Part shown: piece by piece, positions 51,464 to 62,544 of the stretch
Position numbering within the stretch: the first letter of the stretch is position 1
Layout: each line of letters opens with the position of its first letter
NCBI GenBank assembly: GCA_943788175.1
Contig: CALSPG010000007.1
Span: 346,258-410,257, forward strand
Source of the DNA: an uncultured bacterium
Lineage (GTDB): Bacteria; Fidelibacterota; Marinisomatia; Marinisomatales; UBA1611
DNA: 64,000 nucleotides
Direction: 5' to 3'
Position numbers and translations under genes: made by a program
Notes under the pieces: model-generated
What the model was told of the DNA's origin: nothing
Databases searched by the model: none
The model's input: the letters and a program-made list of their open reading frames with translations, nothing else

Positions 51464-53305
51464 ATGGGAAAAACATTTAAAACGATTGATGATGCTGTTA
51501 TTCGGTTTGCCGGAGATTCAGGCGATGGAATGCAGCTTACAGGTGGGCGCTTTACGGAAACGACTGCATCCATTGGTAATGATTTAAGTACTTTACCAGA
51601 TTTTCCAGCTGAGATCAGAGCTCCTGCTGGCTCATTAGCTGGTGTTAGTGCATTTCAAATTCACTTTAGTTCAAAAGATATCCATACTCCTGGTGATGAC
51701 CCGGATGTGCTAGTTGCTATGAACCCAGCTGCCCTGAAAGTTCATCAAAAAGAAATTACTCCAGGCGGGACTATAATCATCAATACAGATTCTTTTACGA
51801 AGAAAAACCTTAATTTTGCTGGTTACGATAGTAATCCAGTAGAGGATGGAACGCTCGATGATTATTTTACGGTAATTCCAATCGAGATGAACAAGCTTGT
51901 TACAGCTGCTTGCGAAGGTATTGAGTTGTCCCCTAAGTTTGTCATAAGGACAAAAAACTTTTTTGCCCTTGGTGTTTTATACTACATGTATGATAGACCT
52001 CTTGAGGCCACTGAAAAATGGCTTGAGAAAAAATTTGCTGGAAAAGATGTGATTATTGAGGCGAATAAAAAAGCAATGTATGCTGGTTATAACTACGCAG
52101 ACACAACAGAATTATTTACCACAAGATTTAAAGTAGAGAAGGCTGTTCTTCCTGAAGGTACTTACAGAAATATAAATGGAAACCATGCTACTTCCCTTGG
52201 TCTTCTTGCTGCCTCTGAAAAATCAGGACTAAAATTATTTTTTGGAGGATATCCAATTACACCGGCTAGTGATATATTGCATACACTTGCAGCCTGGAAA
52301 CACTTTGGGGTTCAAACATTTCAGGCTGAAGATGAAATAGCAGGTATTTGTTCGATTATAGGAGCTTCTTTTACAGGTAATCTTGCTGTTACGTCTACTT
52401 CAGGTCCTGGAATTGCATTAAAAGGTGAAGCTATGGGGTTAGCCGTAATGACTGAACTTCCTATGGTTATTATAAATGTTCAGAGAGGTGGGCCGAGTAC
52501 TGGCTTACCTACAAAGACAGAACAATCTGATTTAAATCAGGCTCTTTACGGAAGAAATGGTGAAGCACCATTGCCCGTAGTTGCTGCAGCCACTCCAGGT
52601 GATTGCTTTTATGCTGCTTATGAAGCCTCAAGAATTGCGCTCAAGTATATGACGCCAGTTGTGCTTTTAACCGATGGGTATTTAGCAAATGGTTCTGAGC
52701 CTTGGAAAATACCTGACGTAGATAATTTAGACCCTATTGATGTTGAATTTATTCAAGGCGTCAAGGATGGCGAGGAGTTTATGCCTTACAAAAGGGATGA
52801 AGAAACTTTGTCGAGGCCATGGGCAATTCCTGGCGTTCCTGGTCTAGAGCATAGAATTGGTGGTCTTGAAAAAGCAGAAAATACGGGACACGTAAGTTAT
52901 GATCCAGACAACCACCACCGAATGGTTGAATTAAGACAAGAAAAAGTCAATAGAATCCAAAATGATATTGCGGAGACAGAAGTCTTTGGTGAAGAAAATG
53001 GAGATGTTTTAATTTTAAGTTGGGGTGGAACATTCGGTTCCTGTAGATCAGCAGTAGAGACATTGCATGAGCATAAAAAAAGTGTTTCACATGTTCATAT
53101 TAGGTGGATTAGTCCATTGCCAAAAGATCTAGGTGAGATTATAATCAAGTTTAAAAATGTTTTGGTTCCTGAAATTAATATGGGCCAATTTATTAAATTA
53201 ATAAGATCAGAATATTTAGTAGACGCTAAAGGACTTAATCAAGTAAATGGGAAACCAATTAGCGCGTCTAAAATTGTAGAAACAGTAAACGAAATGATAG
53301 GTTAA
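51464..53305 (+). CDS. korA: 2-oxoacid:ferredoxin oxidoreductase alpha subunit (gamma-alpha fusion)
   Basis: RFAGDSGDGMQ, GYPITPASD, QAEDEIAG, TSGPG, VQRGGPSTGLPTK. Confidence 0.92.
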   Translation: MGKTFKTIDDAVIRFAGDSGDGMQLTGGRFTETTASIGNDLSTLPDFPAEIRAPAGSLAGVSAFQIHFSSKDIHTPGDDPDVLVAMNPAALKVHQKEITPGGTIIINTDSFTKKNLNFAGYDSNPVEDGTLDDYFTVIPIEMNKLVTAACEGIELSPKFVIRTKNFFALGVLYYMYDRPLEATEKWLEKKFAGKDVIIEANKKAMYAGYNYADTTELFTTRFKVEKAVLPEGTYRNINGNHATSLGLLAASEKSGLKLFFGGYPITPASDILHTLAAWKHFGVQTFQAEDEIAGICSIIGASFTGNLAVTSTSGPGIALKGEAMGLAVMTELPMVIINVQRGGPSTGLPTKTEQSDLNQALYGRNGEAPLPVVAAATPGDCFYAAYEASRIALKYMTPVVLLTDGYLANGSEPWKIPDVDNLDPIDVEFIQGVKDGEEFMPYKRDEETLSRPWAIPGVPGLEHRIGGLEKAENTGHVSYDPDNHHRMVELRQEKVNRIQNDIAETEVFGEENGDVLILSWGGTFGSCRSAVETLHEHKKSVSHVHIRWISPLPKDLGEIIIKFKNVLVPEINMGQFIKLIRSEYLVDAKGLNQVNGKPISASKIVETVNEMIG

Positions 53306-53312
53306 TAATTAT

Positions 53313-54320
53313 ATGTCAGATGTAAATACTCCAACTTATACAAAAAAAGATTTTGAATCCGACCAGTCGGTCAGGTGGTGTCCTGGATGTGGTGATTACG
53401 GAATTTTAGCTCAAACTCAAAAAACGATGCCAACATTTGGTAGAAAAAAGGAAGATTTCGTATTTGTTTCAGGTATAGGATGTTCAAGTAGGTTTCCTTA
53501 TTATATGAATGCCTATGGTTTCCATACCATTCATGGTAGAGCTCCAGCAGTAGCTTCCGGCGTAAAAATTGCAAATCCAGACTTATCAGTTTGGGTTGTT
53601 ACGGGAGATGGAGATGGTCTTTCAATTGGCGGAAATCACTTCATGCATGCATTAAGACGAAACATGGATTTGAATATTTTGCTGTTTAATAACAGAATTT
53701 ATGGCCTAACAAAAGGACAGTATTCTCCGACCTCTGAAGTGGGAAAGGTTACAAAAGCAACTCCTTATGGCTCATTAGATATTCCTTTAAATCCGCCTTC
53801 TCTGGCTTTAGGAGCCCAAGCCACATTTGTTGCTAGAACGATAGATCGTTGGCAAGCTCACTTATCTCAAATGTTGGAAAGGTCTTATCATCATGATGGT
53901 GGTTCATTAATTGAAATATATCAAAATTGTAATATTTTTAATGACAATGCTTTTGAAGAATATACTTCTGCTGACAAGTTTGATAATGTAATTGAGGTTA
54001 AGCATGGAGAACCAATGGTTTTTTCAAAAGGGACTAAAGGCATAAAGCTTGAGGGCTTTAAAGCGACTGTTGTTGATATGGAAAAGCATAGTTTAGATGA
54101 TCTTCTAGTTCATGATGAAACGAATCTTGACTTAGCTCATATTATTGCAAATTGGACATCACATCCTGTTTTGCCAGAACCGATTGGAGTTATATATTCT
54201 GTAGATAAGCCTACTTATAATTCTGAAATGGTTTCTCAAGTTGATTCTGCAATTAAAGCAAAAGGACCTGGCAAGGTTCAAGACTTGTTAAACGCAGGCG
54301 ATATTTGGACGGTAAAATAA
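53313..54320 (+). CDS. korB: 2-oxoacid:ferredoxin oxidoreductase beta subunit
   Basis: [43 protein letters not shown]. Confidence 0.92.
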   Translation: MSDVNTPTYTKKDFESDQSVRWCPGCGDYGILAQTQKTMPTFGRKKEDFVFVSGIGCSSRFPYYMNAYGFHTIHGRAPAVASGVKIANPDLSVWVVTGDGDGLSIGGNHFMHALRRNMDLNILLFNNRIYGLTKGQYSPTSEVGKVTKATPYGSLDIPLNPPSLALGAQATFVARTIDRWQAHLSQMLERSYHHDGGSLIEIYQNCNIFNDNAFEEYTSADKFDNVIEVKHGEPMVFSKGTKGIKLEGFKATVVDMEKHSLDDLLVHDETNLDLAHIIANWTSHPVLPEPIGVIYSVDKPTYNSEMVSQVDSAIKAKGPGKVQDLLNAGDIWTVK

Positions 54321-54324
54321 ATTA

Positions 54325-55719
54325 ATGACATTTCGTACTGAGAGTGATAGTCTTGGTCCAATAGATGTTCCTTCTGAAAAATATTATGGAGCGCAAACGC
54401 AGAGATCATTAGACAATTTTAAGATTGGTGATCATCATTTTCCTAGAGAGTTCATACGAGCTTATGGTATTATAAAAAAATCTGCAGCTACTGTTAATTA
54501 TGATAGTGGGAAGTTAAAAGAAGATATAAAATCTGCTATTCATGAAGCCGCTGATGAGGTGATTGATGGAAAATTAGACGATCATTTCCCTTTAGTTGTT
54601 TGGCAGACTGGAAGTGGGACGCAGACAAATATGAACTTTAATGAAGTGATTTCTAATCGGGCAATTGAGATTGTTGGTGGGAAACTAGGAAGCAAGAGCC
54701 CCGTTCACCCGAATGACCATGTAAACATGAGTCAATCAACAAATGATACTTTTCCCACGGCTATTAATATTGCTGCAGTTGAGAGCGTAGTAAATAATCT
54801 TAAACCAGCACTCGAAAAATTAAAAAGTTCATTCCAAAAAAAATCCAAAGACTTCGAAGATATTATTAAAGTAGGTCGAACCCATTTACAGGATGCGACT
54901 CCTTTGAGTTTAGGTCAAGAGTTTTCTGGTTATGTTTCAGCCATAGAACATGGAATTGATCGGCTAGATAAGGCTGTTGGCAATTGCTATGAGCTTGCAG
55001 TGGGAGGTACTGCTGTCGGAACTGGTATAAATACAATCGAAGGCTATGATGTCGAAATGGCTGAAGAAATTAAAAAAATTACTGGTTTAAATTTTAAAAC
55101 AGCCGTTAACAAATTTGAAGCACTCGGAGGTCAGGATTGTATAGTAGAGTTATCTGGCGCTCTTAAAGTTGTAGCAACTTCATTGTTCAAAATCGCAAAT
55201 GATATACGATGGTTAGCTTGTGGCCCGAGGTCTGGTATAGGTGAAATTATTCTCCCGGCAAATGAGCCTGGATCTTCAATCATGCCGGGCAAGGTTAATC
55301 CTACTCAATGTGAAGCCTTAACAATGGTTTGTACTCAAGTATTTGGAAATGATGTTACAATTACCATGGCAGGATCTAGTGGGAATTTTGAGTTAAACGT
55401 TTTCAGACCTGTAATAGCCCATAATATTTTAGAATCTATAACATTGTTAGCTGACTCTTCAAAATCATTTGCTGAAAAGGCGGTTGATGGAATACAGCCA
55501 AACATTGAAAAAATTAATCAAAACTTATATAACTCGCTCATGCTAGTTACGGCCTTAAACCCTCATATTGGTTATGATAAAGCTGCAGAGGTTGCAAAAA
55601 ATTCATATAAAAATAATATTTCTTTAAAGGAATCAGCAGAGAAACTAGGTTATTTGAAGATCGGCGAGTTTGACAAGCTGGTTAAACCAAGCAAGATGAT
55701 TAGTCCTTCAAAAAAATAG
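54325..55719 (+). CDS. fumC: class II fumarate hydratase
   Basis: [35 protein letters not shown]. Confidence 0.95.
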   Translation: MTFRTESDSLGPIDVPSEKYYGAQTQRSLDNFKIGDHHFPREFIRAYGIIKKSAATVNYDSGKLKEDIKSAIHEAADEVIDGKLDDHFPLVVWQTGSGTQTNMNFNEVISNRAIEIVGGKLGSKSPVHPNDHVNMSQSTNDTFPTAINIAAVESVVNNLKPALEKLKSSFQKKSKDFEDIIKVGRTHLQDATPLSLGQEFSGYVSAIEHGIDRLDKAVGNCYELAVGGTAVGTGINTIEGYDVEMAEEIKKITGLNFKTAVNKFEALGGQDCIVELSGALKVVATSLFKIANDIRWLACGPRSGIGEIILPANEPGSSIMPGKVNPTQCEALTMVCTQVFGNDVTITMAGSSGNFELNVFRPVIAHNILESITLLADSSKSFAEKAVDGIQPNIEKINQNLYNSLMLVTALNPHIGYDKAAEVAKNSYKNNISLKESAEKLGYLKIGEFDKLVKPSKMISPSKK

Positions 55720-55790
55720 ATTTGATTTTTACCCTTTTTTCTTGTTCTAGGAATCTGAATTAAATTTCAAGAAAGCTTGTAAGTTTATAT

Positions 55791-57923
55791 ATGTCAAATA
55801 CAAAACCCATAACTGGAATAGCAAAAGTTTTCTGGGTGTCTCTAGGGATTATTTTTTCAGGGGCAATTTTCGTCCTCTTATTTATACTGTTTTTGTCTCG
55901 CGATCTACCTTCTCTAGAGCAATTAGAAAATTATGACCCCGATTTAGTGACAAGGATTTATTCATCCGATGGAAAAATATTAAGCGAGTTATTCCTTCAA
56001 AAACGAGTTTTTGTTGAACTAAATAATATCCCAAAACATATGCATGATGCGGTTATTGCATCGGAGGACAGAAGATTTTATGATCACTGGGGGTTATCAT
56101 TACGTAGTGTTGCAAGAGCGATTAGTATAAATATTCTATCGTTAAGCTATCGCCAAGGGTTTAGTACTCTTACTCAGCAGCTAGCGAGGAATTTGTATAA
56201 AACAATTGGTTTTGAAGATAGTATTTTGAGAAAAATTAAAGAGGTCATTACAGCGGTCCAAATAGAAAGAACTTATACAAAAGATGAAATTTTAGAAATG
56301 TATCTTAACACCGTTCATTTTGGTCATGGAACATATGGAGTGGAAGCAGCTACTAAAAGATTTTTTGGCAAAGAATCAAACAAGCTTAGTGTGGATGAGT
56401 CGGCCTTGCTTGTAGGCTTGCTGCCATCTCCAGCAAGTTATTCGCCAATTCGTCATCCAGAAAGAGCAAGGAAAAGAAGAAATACAGTTCTTAGGCTAAT
56501 GAAAGATCAAAAATACATAACACACAATGAGCATGCTCAGTATAGAGCAATGACATTAGAATCAGTTAAAGAATTACCCATTAGAGGATTAGCGCCATAC
56601 TTTACAGAATATGTTAGAAGGCTTTTAGAAAAAGAAGATGAAGCACTAGATATTAATATCTACCGAGATGGATTAAAAATATATACGACTCTTGATTCAA
56701 GGCTACAGGCTCTTGCAGAAAAAGTTGTTTTAGATGCGATAAATACTTCGCAATCCAAATTAAATGATAGAATTATAAATAATAAAGAAGAGTTTGAGCT
56801 TTTAGGACACCTTACAATTCATGACGAGGACTCTGTTAAACTGATGATGCGAGGAGAAGCTCAGTTATATAAAGACCTTCGATCAAAATTATTGGTGCAA
56901 ACAGCGTTTGTTGCTATTGATCCAAAAACGGGAGGCATTATGGCAATGATTGGAGGTCGTCCGGATTATCATGATCAATATAATAGAGCTGTACAAGCAA
57001 AGAGGCAGCCAGGCTCTGTATTTAAACCATTTGTTTATACTACTGCATTAGAAAATGGTTACACTGTTTCTCAGCAACTCTTGAATCAGCCAGTAGTGTT
57101 AAATGTCCAAAATACAGACGGGTCATGGGTAAAATGGAAGCCTCAAAACTATGGTGGCAGCACAGGTGGGCTAACTACTCTAAGAGAAGGGTTAAGAAAA
57201 TCATTAAATTTAATTTCTGTTAGAATTGTCCAACAGGATTATGCTCCTGCAGAACAGGTTAAGCGAACGGCACAACGAATGGGCATATCGACAGATATTA
57301 GAGCCGTAGACGCAATTGCTCTTGGAACAAGTGAGGTAATTCCTTTAGAACTAGTATCTGCTTATGCGGCTTATGCAAATAAAGGTGTTTATTCTAAACC
57401 TTTTGCGATCACAAAAATAGAAGATCGCTACGGAAATATAATAAGAGAGTACGGTGCTGTTCAGTATGAAGTATTAAGTGAGGAAATTGCATTTCTTATG
57501 ACAAATTTAATGCAGACTGTTATGGATAGAGGAACCGGAGGAAGTGCAAGGTGGAAATATAAATTTACAAGGCCTGCCGCTGGTAAAACCGGAACAACTC
57601 AAGGCTGGAGTGATGCCTGGTTTGTTGGCTTTACGCCTCAATTAGCAACGGGAGTGTGGTTCGGAGTCGATGACTATCAAGTTAGTTTAGGTATTGGACA
57701 AGATGGGTCTAAAGCAGCGTTGCCAACATGGGCAAGATTCATGCGAGATGGACATGATATACTGGGGATGCCCAGAGTCAATTTCCAAAGGCCTAGCGGA
57801 GTAATTGTATCTGAGATATGCTCAGTCTCAAAAAAAGGGGCAAGAAAAGCATGTCCAGTTGAGAAAGAAGTTTATAAGTCTGGATCAGAACCTGGGCAAA
57901 AATGTAGGATACATAGAAATTAG
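55791..57923 (+). CDS. mrcA: class A penicillin-binding protein (PBP1A family)
   Basis: TM anchor; transglycosylase EDRRFYDHWG, STLTQQLARN, RKIKE; transpeptidase SVFK, SLN, KTG. Confidence 0.9.
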   Translation: MSNTKPITGIAKVFWVSLGIIFSGAIFVLLFILFLSRDLPSLEQLENYDPDLVTRIYSSDGKILSELFLQKRVFVELNNIPKHMHDAVIASEDRRFYDHWGLSLRSVARAISINILSLSYRQGFSTLTQQLARNLYKTIGFEDSILRKIKEVITAVQIERTYTKDEILEMYLNTVHFGHGTYGVEAATKRFFGKESNKLSVDESALLVGLLPSPASYSPIRHPERARKRRNTVLRLMKDQKYITHNEHAQYRAMTLESVKELPIRGLAPYFTEYVRRLLEKEDEALDINIYRDGLKIYTTLDSRLQALAEKVVLDAINTSQSKLNDRIINNKEEFELLGHLTIHDEDSVKLMMRGEAQLYKDLRSKLLVQTAFVAIDPKTGGIMAMIGGRPDYHDQYNRAVQAKRQPGSVFKPFVYTTALENGYTVSQQLLNQPVVLNVQNTDGSWVKWKPQNYGGSTGGLTTLREGLRKSLNLISVRIVQQDYAPAEQVKRTAQRMGISTDIRAVDAIALGTSEVIPLELVSAYAAYANKGVYSKPFAITKIEDRYGNIIREYGAVQYEVLSEEIAFLMTNLMQTVMDRGTGGSARWKYKFTRPAAGKTGTTQGWSDAWFVGFTPQLATGVWFGVDDYQVSLGIGQDGSKAALPTWARFMRDGHDILGMPRVNFQRPSGVIVSEICSVSKKGARKACPVEKEVYKSGSEPGQKCRIHRN

Positions 57924-57928
57924 ATTAG

Positions 57929-59218
57929 CTAACACAATATTAATTTAGATTTTAAAATTGTTTCACTAGATACCTTGAAAGTTTTGTGAAGCATCAACTT
58001 TGCGTTTTCTAGCTTTTTAATGTTTTCACCAAATAATGTATACACCTTTTCACCTTTTTTTACAGTTTCCCCGATCTTTACATTAAATTTGATTCCTGCC
58101 GTATAGTCTAGAAGGTCTTTATCTCTTCGCCTTCCGCACCCCATTTCAACTAGAGCCCATCCTATCTTTTCAGTATCCATAGAACTTATATATCCATCTC
58201 TATCTGAACAAATATAAAGCTCATTCTTGATACGGGATCCACTCATTTGTAATTGTTCAAAATTTCCTCCTTGCGCGACGATTAACTCTTCAAACTTTTT
58301 TAAAGCGGTTCCATTCTTAATAGTTTCGAGCATTTTCTTTTTTGCTTCATTTTTGTTATCAGCTTTTTTACTTTGAAGTAAAATTTTTGATCCAAGTTCT
58401 AAACTAAGTTCAATTAAATCATTTGGACCATCGCCGTTTAAACAATTAATAGACTCAATAATTTCACATCTCAACCCAGCATACCTACCCAAAGGTTGCG
58501 ACATATTTGAAAAAGTTATATCCGTTTTTATTTTAAAAGCGCTTCCTATTTTTTTAAGTTCAGCCGCAAGTATTTTTGCCTCAGAAACCGTTTTCATAAA
58601 AGCGCCATTCCCAACTTTTATATCCATTATAAGTCCATCAAGTCCTTCAGCTATTTTCTTACTCATTATAGAACTGCAAATAAGTGGCATTGATGGTATC
58701 GTCCCTGTTAAGTCTCGTATCGAATATATTTTTTTATCCGCAGGGCAAATTTCTGATGATTGACTTATAATACCATAACCAATGTTTTGTATTTGGCTTT
58801 CAAAATCTTTTTCATTAATGGATGTTTGAAAATTGGGAATTGATTCTAACTTATCAATCGTACCACCCGTGTAAGCTAGTCCTCTGCCTGCAATCATTGG
58901 AATGATAATGCCCAGGGATGATAATATGGGAGCTAAAATAAAAGAAATTTTGTCACCAATGCCGCCAGTACTATGCTTATCTGCAATATAATTACCAGGG
59001 CTATTAAATTTAAATCTTTTCCCAGAATTAACCATTGATTCAACTAAAGAAAAAGTCTCTAAGTCACTCATTCCGTTAAAATAAATTGCCATTAACAGCG
59101 CAGATAGCTGGCAATCATCAATTTTATTTTCTACTGTTCCTTCGACGAACCATGCAATTTCTTTTGCATTAAGTTCAAATCCATCTCGTTTTTTTTCTAT
59201 TAATTTTGCAGGTATCAT
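57929..59218 (-). CDS. pdp: pyrimidine-nucleoside/thymidine phosphorylase
   Basis: DKHSTGGIGDK, GRGLAYTGGTIDKLESIP, SIMSKK, DIKVGNGAFMK. Confidence 0.92.
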   Translation of the reverse strand: MIPAKLIEKKRDGFELNAKEIAWFVEGTVENKIDDCQLSALLMAIYFNGMSDLETFSLVESMVNSGKRFKFNSPGNYIADKHSTGGIGDKISFILAPILSSLGIIIPMIAGRGLAYTGGTIDKLESIPNFQTSINEKDFESQIQNIGYGIISQSSEICPADKKIYSIRDLTGTIPSMPLICSSIMSKKIAEGLDGLIMDIKVGNGAFMKTVSEAKILAAELKKIGSAFKIKTDITFSNMSQPLGRYAGLRCEIIESINCLNGDGPNDLIELSLELGSKILLQSKKADNKNEAKKKMLETIKNGTALKKFEELIVAQGGNFEQLQMSGSRIKNELYICSDRDGYISSMDTEKIGWALVEMGCGRRRDKDLLDYTAGIKFNVKIGETVKKGEKVYTLFGENIKKLENAKLMLHKTFKVSSETILKSKLILC

Positions 59219-60594
59219 TATTTGTCTTTTTTCTTTTTGAAAATAGTTGGCAGTTTTATTCCGATTGGGGCATTCTCTCTAACGGTATGGATTAATAAAT
59301 AAATAGCAATTAATAGAATAATTAAGTTTGGAGACCACATTCCTACAGCTGGAGATAAAAATGTTCTATCTGCCATTTCTTCACCGCCTATTAGAAGCAC
59401 GTAATAAATAAGAAAAAATCCAAAACTCAATCCAGTACTTATCGCAAAACCTCCTTTTTTACTCATTACACCTAATGGTGCTCCAAGTAAAACAAATAAA
59501 ATACAGGCTACAGGGATAGAAAACTTTTTATGTATTTCAACACCATATTTGTTTTGGCTTTTTTTATAGCTCCTAATCAAATTGAATTCGTTCTTCAATT
59601 GTCGCTCAAGATTTTTTATCCTTTTTTCTTTTTTAATTAATTGAGCTTTTGATAATGAATTTTGATTTTTAATACTATCTAAAGCATTTACAATCATTAT
59701 TTCCCCTTCTTTGACAGTATTTGGAACTGTACTGTCGCCAATAGTTCTATAAAAATTTCCTGACAATCGTTTGTAAACAATTCTAAGACGCTTTTCTTGT
59801 AATCATTAACTTTATTCACGATCATTGGTATGGTCATTTCACGATCGGTCCGCTTTGAAGAATCTCTTCTGCTTAGGAGGAGATCACTTTGCGGGGATTA
59901 CTATTTTATGGGTTTCAAAAATAATTCTTCTGTAGTTTGAAAAATCATCATTTTCAATCTCATGAATCTCTCCATCATATAACGTAAGAAGGAATGCATC
60001 TGAAAGAGTGTTCAATCTACCCGATTTAGCATGAATACTTGTTTGTTCTTTTTGTTTTCCTTTTGAGAAAATTCTAACATCTGTCATTCAAATCATCTAT
60101 TTTCCCTCCGATAATCATACTGTATGAAGGTAGATCATCAATGAAAACTCCAGGCTCAATATTCATACCTGGACGTTTTTTGATAAATATCTCCTGATAA
60201 AGTCGTGCTTTGAAATTCATTTCAGGCAATATATAATTATTGAAAAATACTAGTACAAGGGCTATGGTTATTCGCCAAACATAAGTGGGGCACGAATAAT
60301 TGTTGAAAAGCTAATACCAGAAGCTCTCATTGCGTTGATCTCGTTGTCTTCTGATAATCTACCAAATGCCATTAGAGTCGCTAGAAGTACTGCCATAGGT
60401 ACTGACAACGCTATTATCCATGCAAGGTTTAAAAATAGGTATTCGAGGATTGTTAATAAATCCAAACCTTTCCCCAGGAATCTATCAATCGCCCTGAGTA
60501 AAAAATTTACAAATAATACGAAAGTTATCATTAAAAGAGAAAAAATGAATGGCAAAATAAGCTCTTTTAAAAAGTATCTATATAAAAGTCTCAC
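59218..60594 (-). CDS. lptF: LptF/LptG family LPS export permease, broken by several indels (probably sequence errors)
   Basis: GTG 60594 starts xRLLYRYFLKEL...LSVPMAVLLATLMAFGRLSEDNEINAMRASGIS. Middle fragments NNYILPEMN and LTLYDGEIHE; C-terminal VEIHKKFSIPVACILFVLLGAPLG...WSPN. The pieces lie in different frames. Confidence 0.8.
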
Positions 60595-60707
60595 GGTATA
60601 AGTTACAAATACGAATATAATTATATCGATTGAAATTCCTTTCAGTGAACGAATAATTCGTTTAACTTCTGTCGCTCTATATTTGGAAATCCAATCATGA
60701 GCTGTAT

Positions 60708-60782
60708 GGTGGGTGTAGCTCAGCTGGTTAGAGCACCTGGTTGTGGCCCAGGAGGCCGTGGGTTCAAGTCCCATCACTCACC
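60708..60782 (+). tRNA. tRNA-His (GTG), G-1 encoded
   Basis: Acceptor GTGGGTG/CACTCAC, anticodon arm CCTGG-TTGTGGC-CCAGG, T arm GTGGG-TTCAAGT-CCCAT. Confidence 0.95.
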
Positions 60783-60792
60783 CAAAAAAATT

Positions 60793-60867
60793 CGGGGTGT
60801 AGCGTAGTCCGGTTATCGCGCCTGCTTTGGGAGCAGGAGGTCGGGAGTTCGAATCTCTCCACCCCGA
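60793..60867 (+). tRNA. tRNA-Pro (TGG)
   Basis: Acceptor CGGGGTG/CACCCCG, anticodon arm CCTGC-TTTGGGA-GCAGG, T arm GGGAG-TTCGAAT-CTCTC. Confidence 0.95.
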
Positions 60868-60984
60868 CGCTATTAAGCCTTGTTTCTCGAGTAGAAATGA
60901 GGCTTTTGTCTTTTTACCTGTTTTAGTCTGATTTCCTTAAAAATACCCTAAAAAGCACTAAATGCACTGGTAATACACTGGTCA
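60832..60984 (+). repeat. direct repeat copy 1: tRNA-Pro 3' end + terminator + CACTGG-repeat arm
   Basis: Matches 62389-62544 with 3 substitutions and 3 single-base indels. Confidence 0.95.
60875..60915 (+). terminator. intrinsic terminator after tRNA-Pro (repeated at about 62432-62472)
   Basis: aagccttgtttct-cgagt-agaaatgaggctt hairpin followed by a T-rich tract. Confidence 0.75.
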
Positions 60985-61027
60985 TTTTTAGTATGAGTTC
61001 TTTATTACATCTGTTAGGTATTGTGCT

Positions 61028-61342
61028 CTAATCATTATAATGATTACTTCCCCATTCCCCGAGTTTTTTAAACACAGGTAAAAGTGTTTCACCTTTTTTT
61101 GTTAGTGAATATTCAACTCTAGGAGGTATTTCCGCAAAGATTTTTCTGCTGATTATATTTTGCGCTTCTAAATCTCTAAGTTCTCTTGTTAGCATATTTT
61201 TACTTATACCCTCGATGCTCCGACTTAATACACCAAAGCGATTAATGCCATGAGATAATCTCATGAATATAATTGGTTTCCATTTTCCTCCAATTACCTT
61301 CATTGCAAAGGTGATTGGACAATTTTTATGTTCTTTTTTCAT
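61028..61342 (-). CDS. HxlR family winged-helix regulator
   Basis: NCPITFAMKVIGGKWKPII, ISKNMLTRELRDLE, IPPRVEYSLT. Confidence 0.92.
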   Translation of the reverse strand: MKKEHKNCPITFAMKVIGGKWKPIIFMRLSHGINRFGVLSRSIEGISKNMLTRELRDLEAQNIISRKIFAEIPPRVEYSLTKKGETLLPVFKKLGEWGSNHYND

Positions 61343-61452
61343 TCCTTCTTCTTCTAATAGTCCTAAAAATATAACTATATAATAAAATAGTGCCTACTTT
61401 ACAAAAATAAATATACAAAATAATTTAGGCCTATCAAATAAAGGATTAAAAA

Positions 61453-61689
61453 ATGAGTTTAAAAAAAACACTTCAAACAAGCCCTTACATAATAAAAGGT
61501 GAGAAAAAAAAATATGCATTGTGTGCATGTGGCCTATCATCAAATCAACCATTTTGTGATGGCAGTCATAAGAGTACAGACATTACTCCAATAATTTTTG
61601 AAAATGAAAAAGAAGGCAATATCGCTTTGTGTGGATGTAAAGGCACAGGTAATTCTCCATTCTGTGATGGCAGCCACACCAAACTCTGA
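61453..61689 (+). CDS. CDGSH iron-sulfur domain protein (two CDGSH motifs, MiNT/CISD3-like)
   Basis: CACGLSSNQPFCDGSH and CGCKGTGNSPFCDGSH. Confidence 0.92.
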   Translation: MSLKKTLQTSPYIIKGEKKKYALCACGLSSNQPFCDGSHKSTDITPIIFENEKEGNIALCGCKGTGNSPFCDGSHTKL

Positions 61690-61713
61690 TAAAATAAATA
61701 AGGAAATAATAAA

Positions 61714-62355
61714 ATGAAAAAATATTTAAGTGTATTTGCGTTACTTACAATAGTATTAAGTAGTTGCGCTAAAAAAAGTGATTCAAAGCCAATAGTTAAA
61801 AATATAGAAATGAATACAATTAAGAAAGGAGGTTATAAAGTTGATAGTTTTGAATCAAAGTTGGTTTGGAAAGGAAGACAATTATCATCAAAAGAGCATG
61901 ATGGGACTCTAGACATTAGTAGTGGTTCAATAGAAATTGATAAATCGGGAAGAATTTTTGGTGATATTAAAATTGATATGAAATCAATTAGTACCTCTGA
62001 TTTAGAGGGGGAATGGAAAGACAAACTGGATGGTCATTTAAAAAGCCCAGACTTTTTTAATGTAAAAGGTTTTCCAACCGCAACAGTAACATTTAAGGGT
62101 AATCAAAATAAAACTACTAATGGAGAAATTAATTTTGAAGGTGATTTAACTATTAAAGGCATTACTCAGATTACAAAATTTTCAGCGAAGATAAATCAAA
62201 TAGGAGATAAGGTCATTGCAACAGCATCAATTTCGTTTGATAGGTCAGAGTATGATATAAGGTATGGATCTGGAAAGTTCTTTGATAATTTAGGGGATAA
62301 ATTAATTTATGATGAAATTACTGCTGAGGTTTCTATAGTTGCTAAAATGTTATAA
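61714..62355 (+). CDS. YceI family lipoprotein
   Basis: Lipobox LSSC; HLKSPDFFNV..FPTA, GDLTIKGIT, FDRSEYDIRYGS. Confidence 0.9.
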   Translation: MKKYLSVFALLTIVLSSCAKKSDSKPIVKNIEMNTIKKGGYKVDSFESKLVWKGRQLSSKEHDGTLDISSGSIEIDKSGRIFGDIKIDMKSISTSDLEGEWKDKLDGHLKSPDFFNVKGFPTATVTFKGNQNKTTNGEINFEGDLTIKGITQITKFSAKINQIGDKVIATASISFDRSEYDIRYGSGKFFDNLGDKLIYDEITAEVSIVAKML

Positions 62356-62388
62356 TTGCTAATGAAAATATTAATAAAATGATTAATC

Positions 62389-62544
62389 AGCAGGAGGTCG
62401 GGAGTTCGAATCTCTCCACCCCGACGCTATTAAGCCTTGTTTCTCGAGAAGAAATGAGGCTTTTTGTCTTTCTTACCTGATTTAGGCTGATTTCCTTAAA
62501 AATACCCTAAAAAGCACTAAATCGCACTGGTAATACACTGGTCA
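62389..62544 (+). repeat. direct repeat copy 2 (att-like; begins with the 3' 36 nt of tRNA-Pro)
   Basis: agcaggaggtcgggagttcgaatctctccaccccgacgctattaagcc...cactggtaatacactggtca. Confidence 0.95.

Noticed and set aside
59218-60594. lptF as a pseudogene or phase-variable gene
   Set aside because: Several scattered 1-2 base indels in a normally essential gene, with other isolated indels elsewhere in the window, fit consensus errors better. Read mapping would settle it.
60595-60926. ORF extension 60595-60777 (-) and ORF 60741..60926 (+)
   Set aside because: Both overlap the tRNA-His and tRNA-Pro genes and are shadows of them.
62389-62424. Second tRNA-Pro gene
   Set aside because: Only the 3' 36 nt are present; the 5' acceptor strand, D arm and anticodon are missing.
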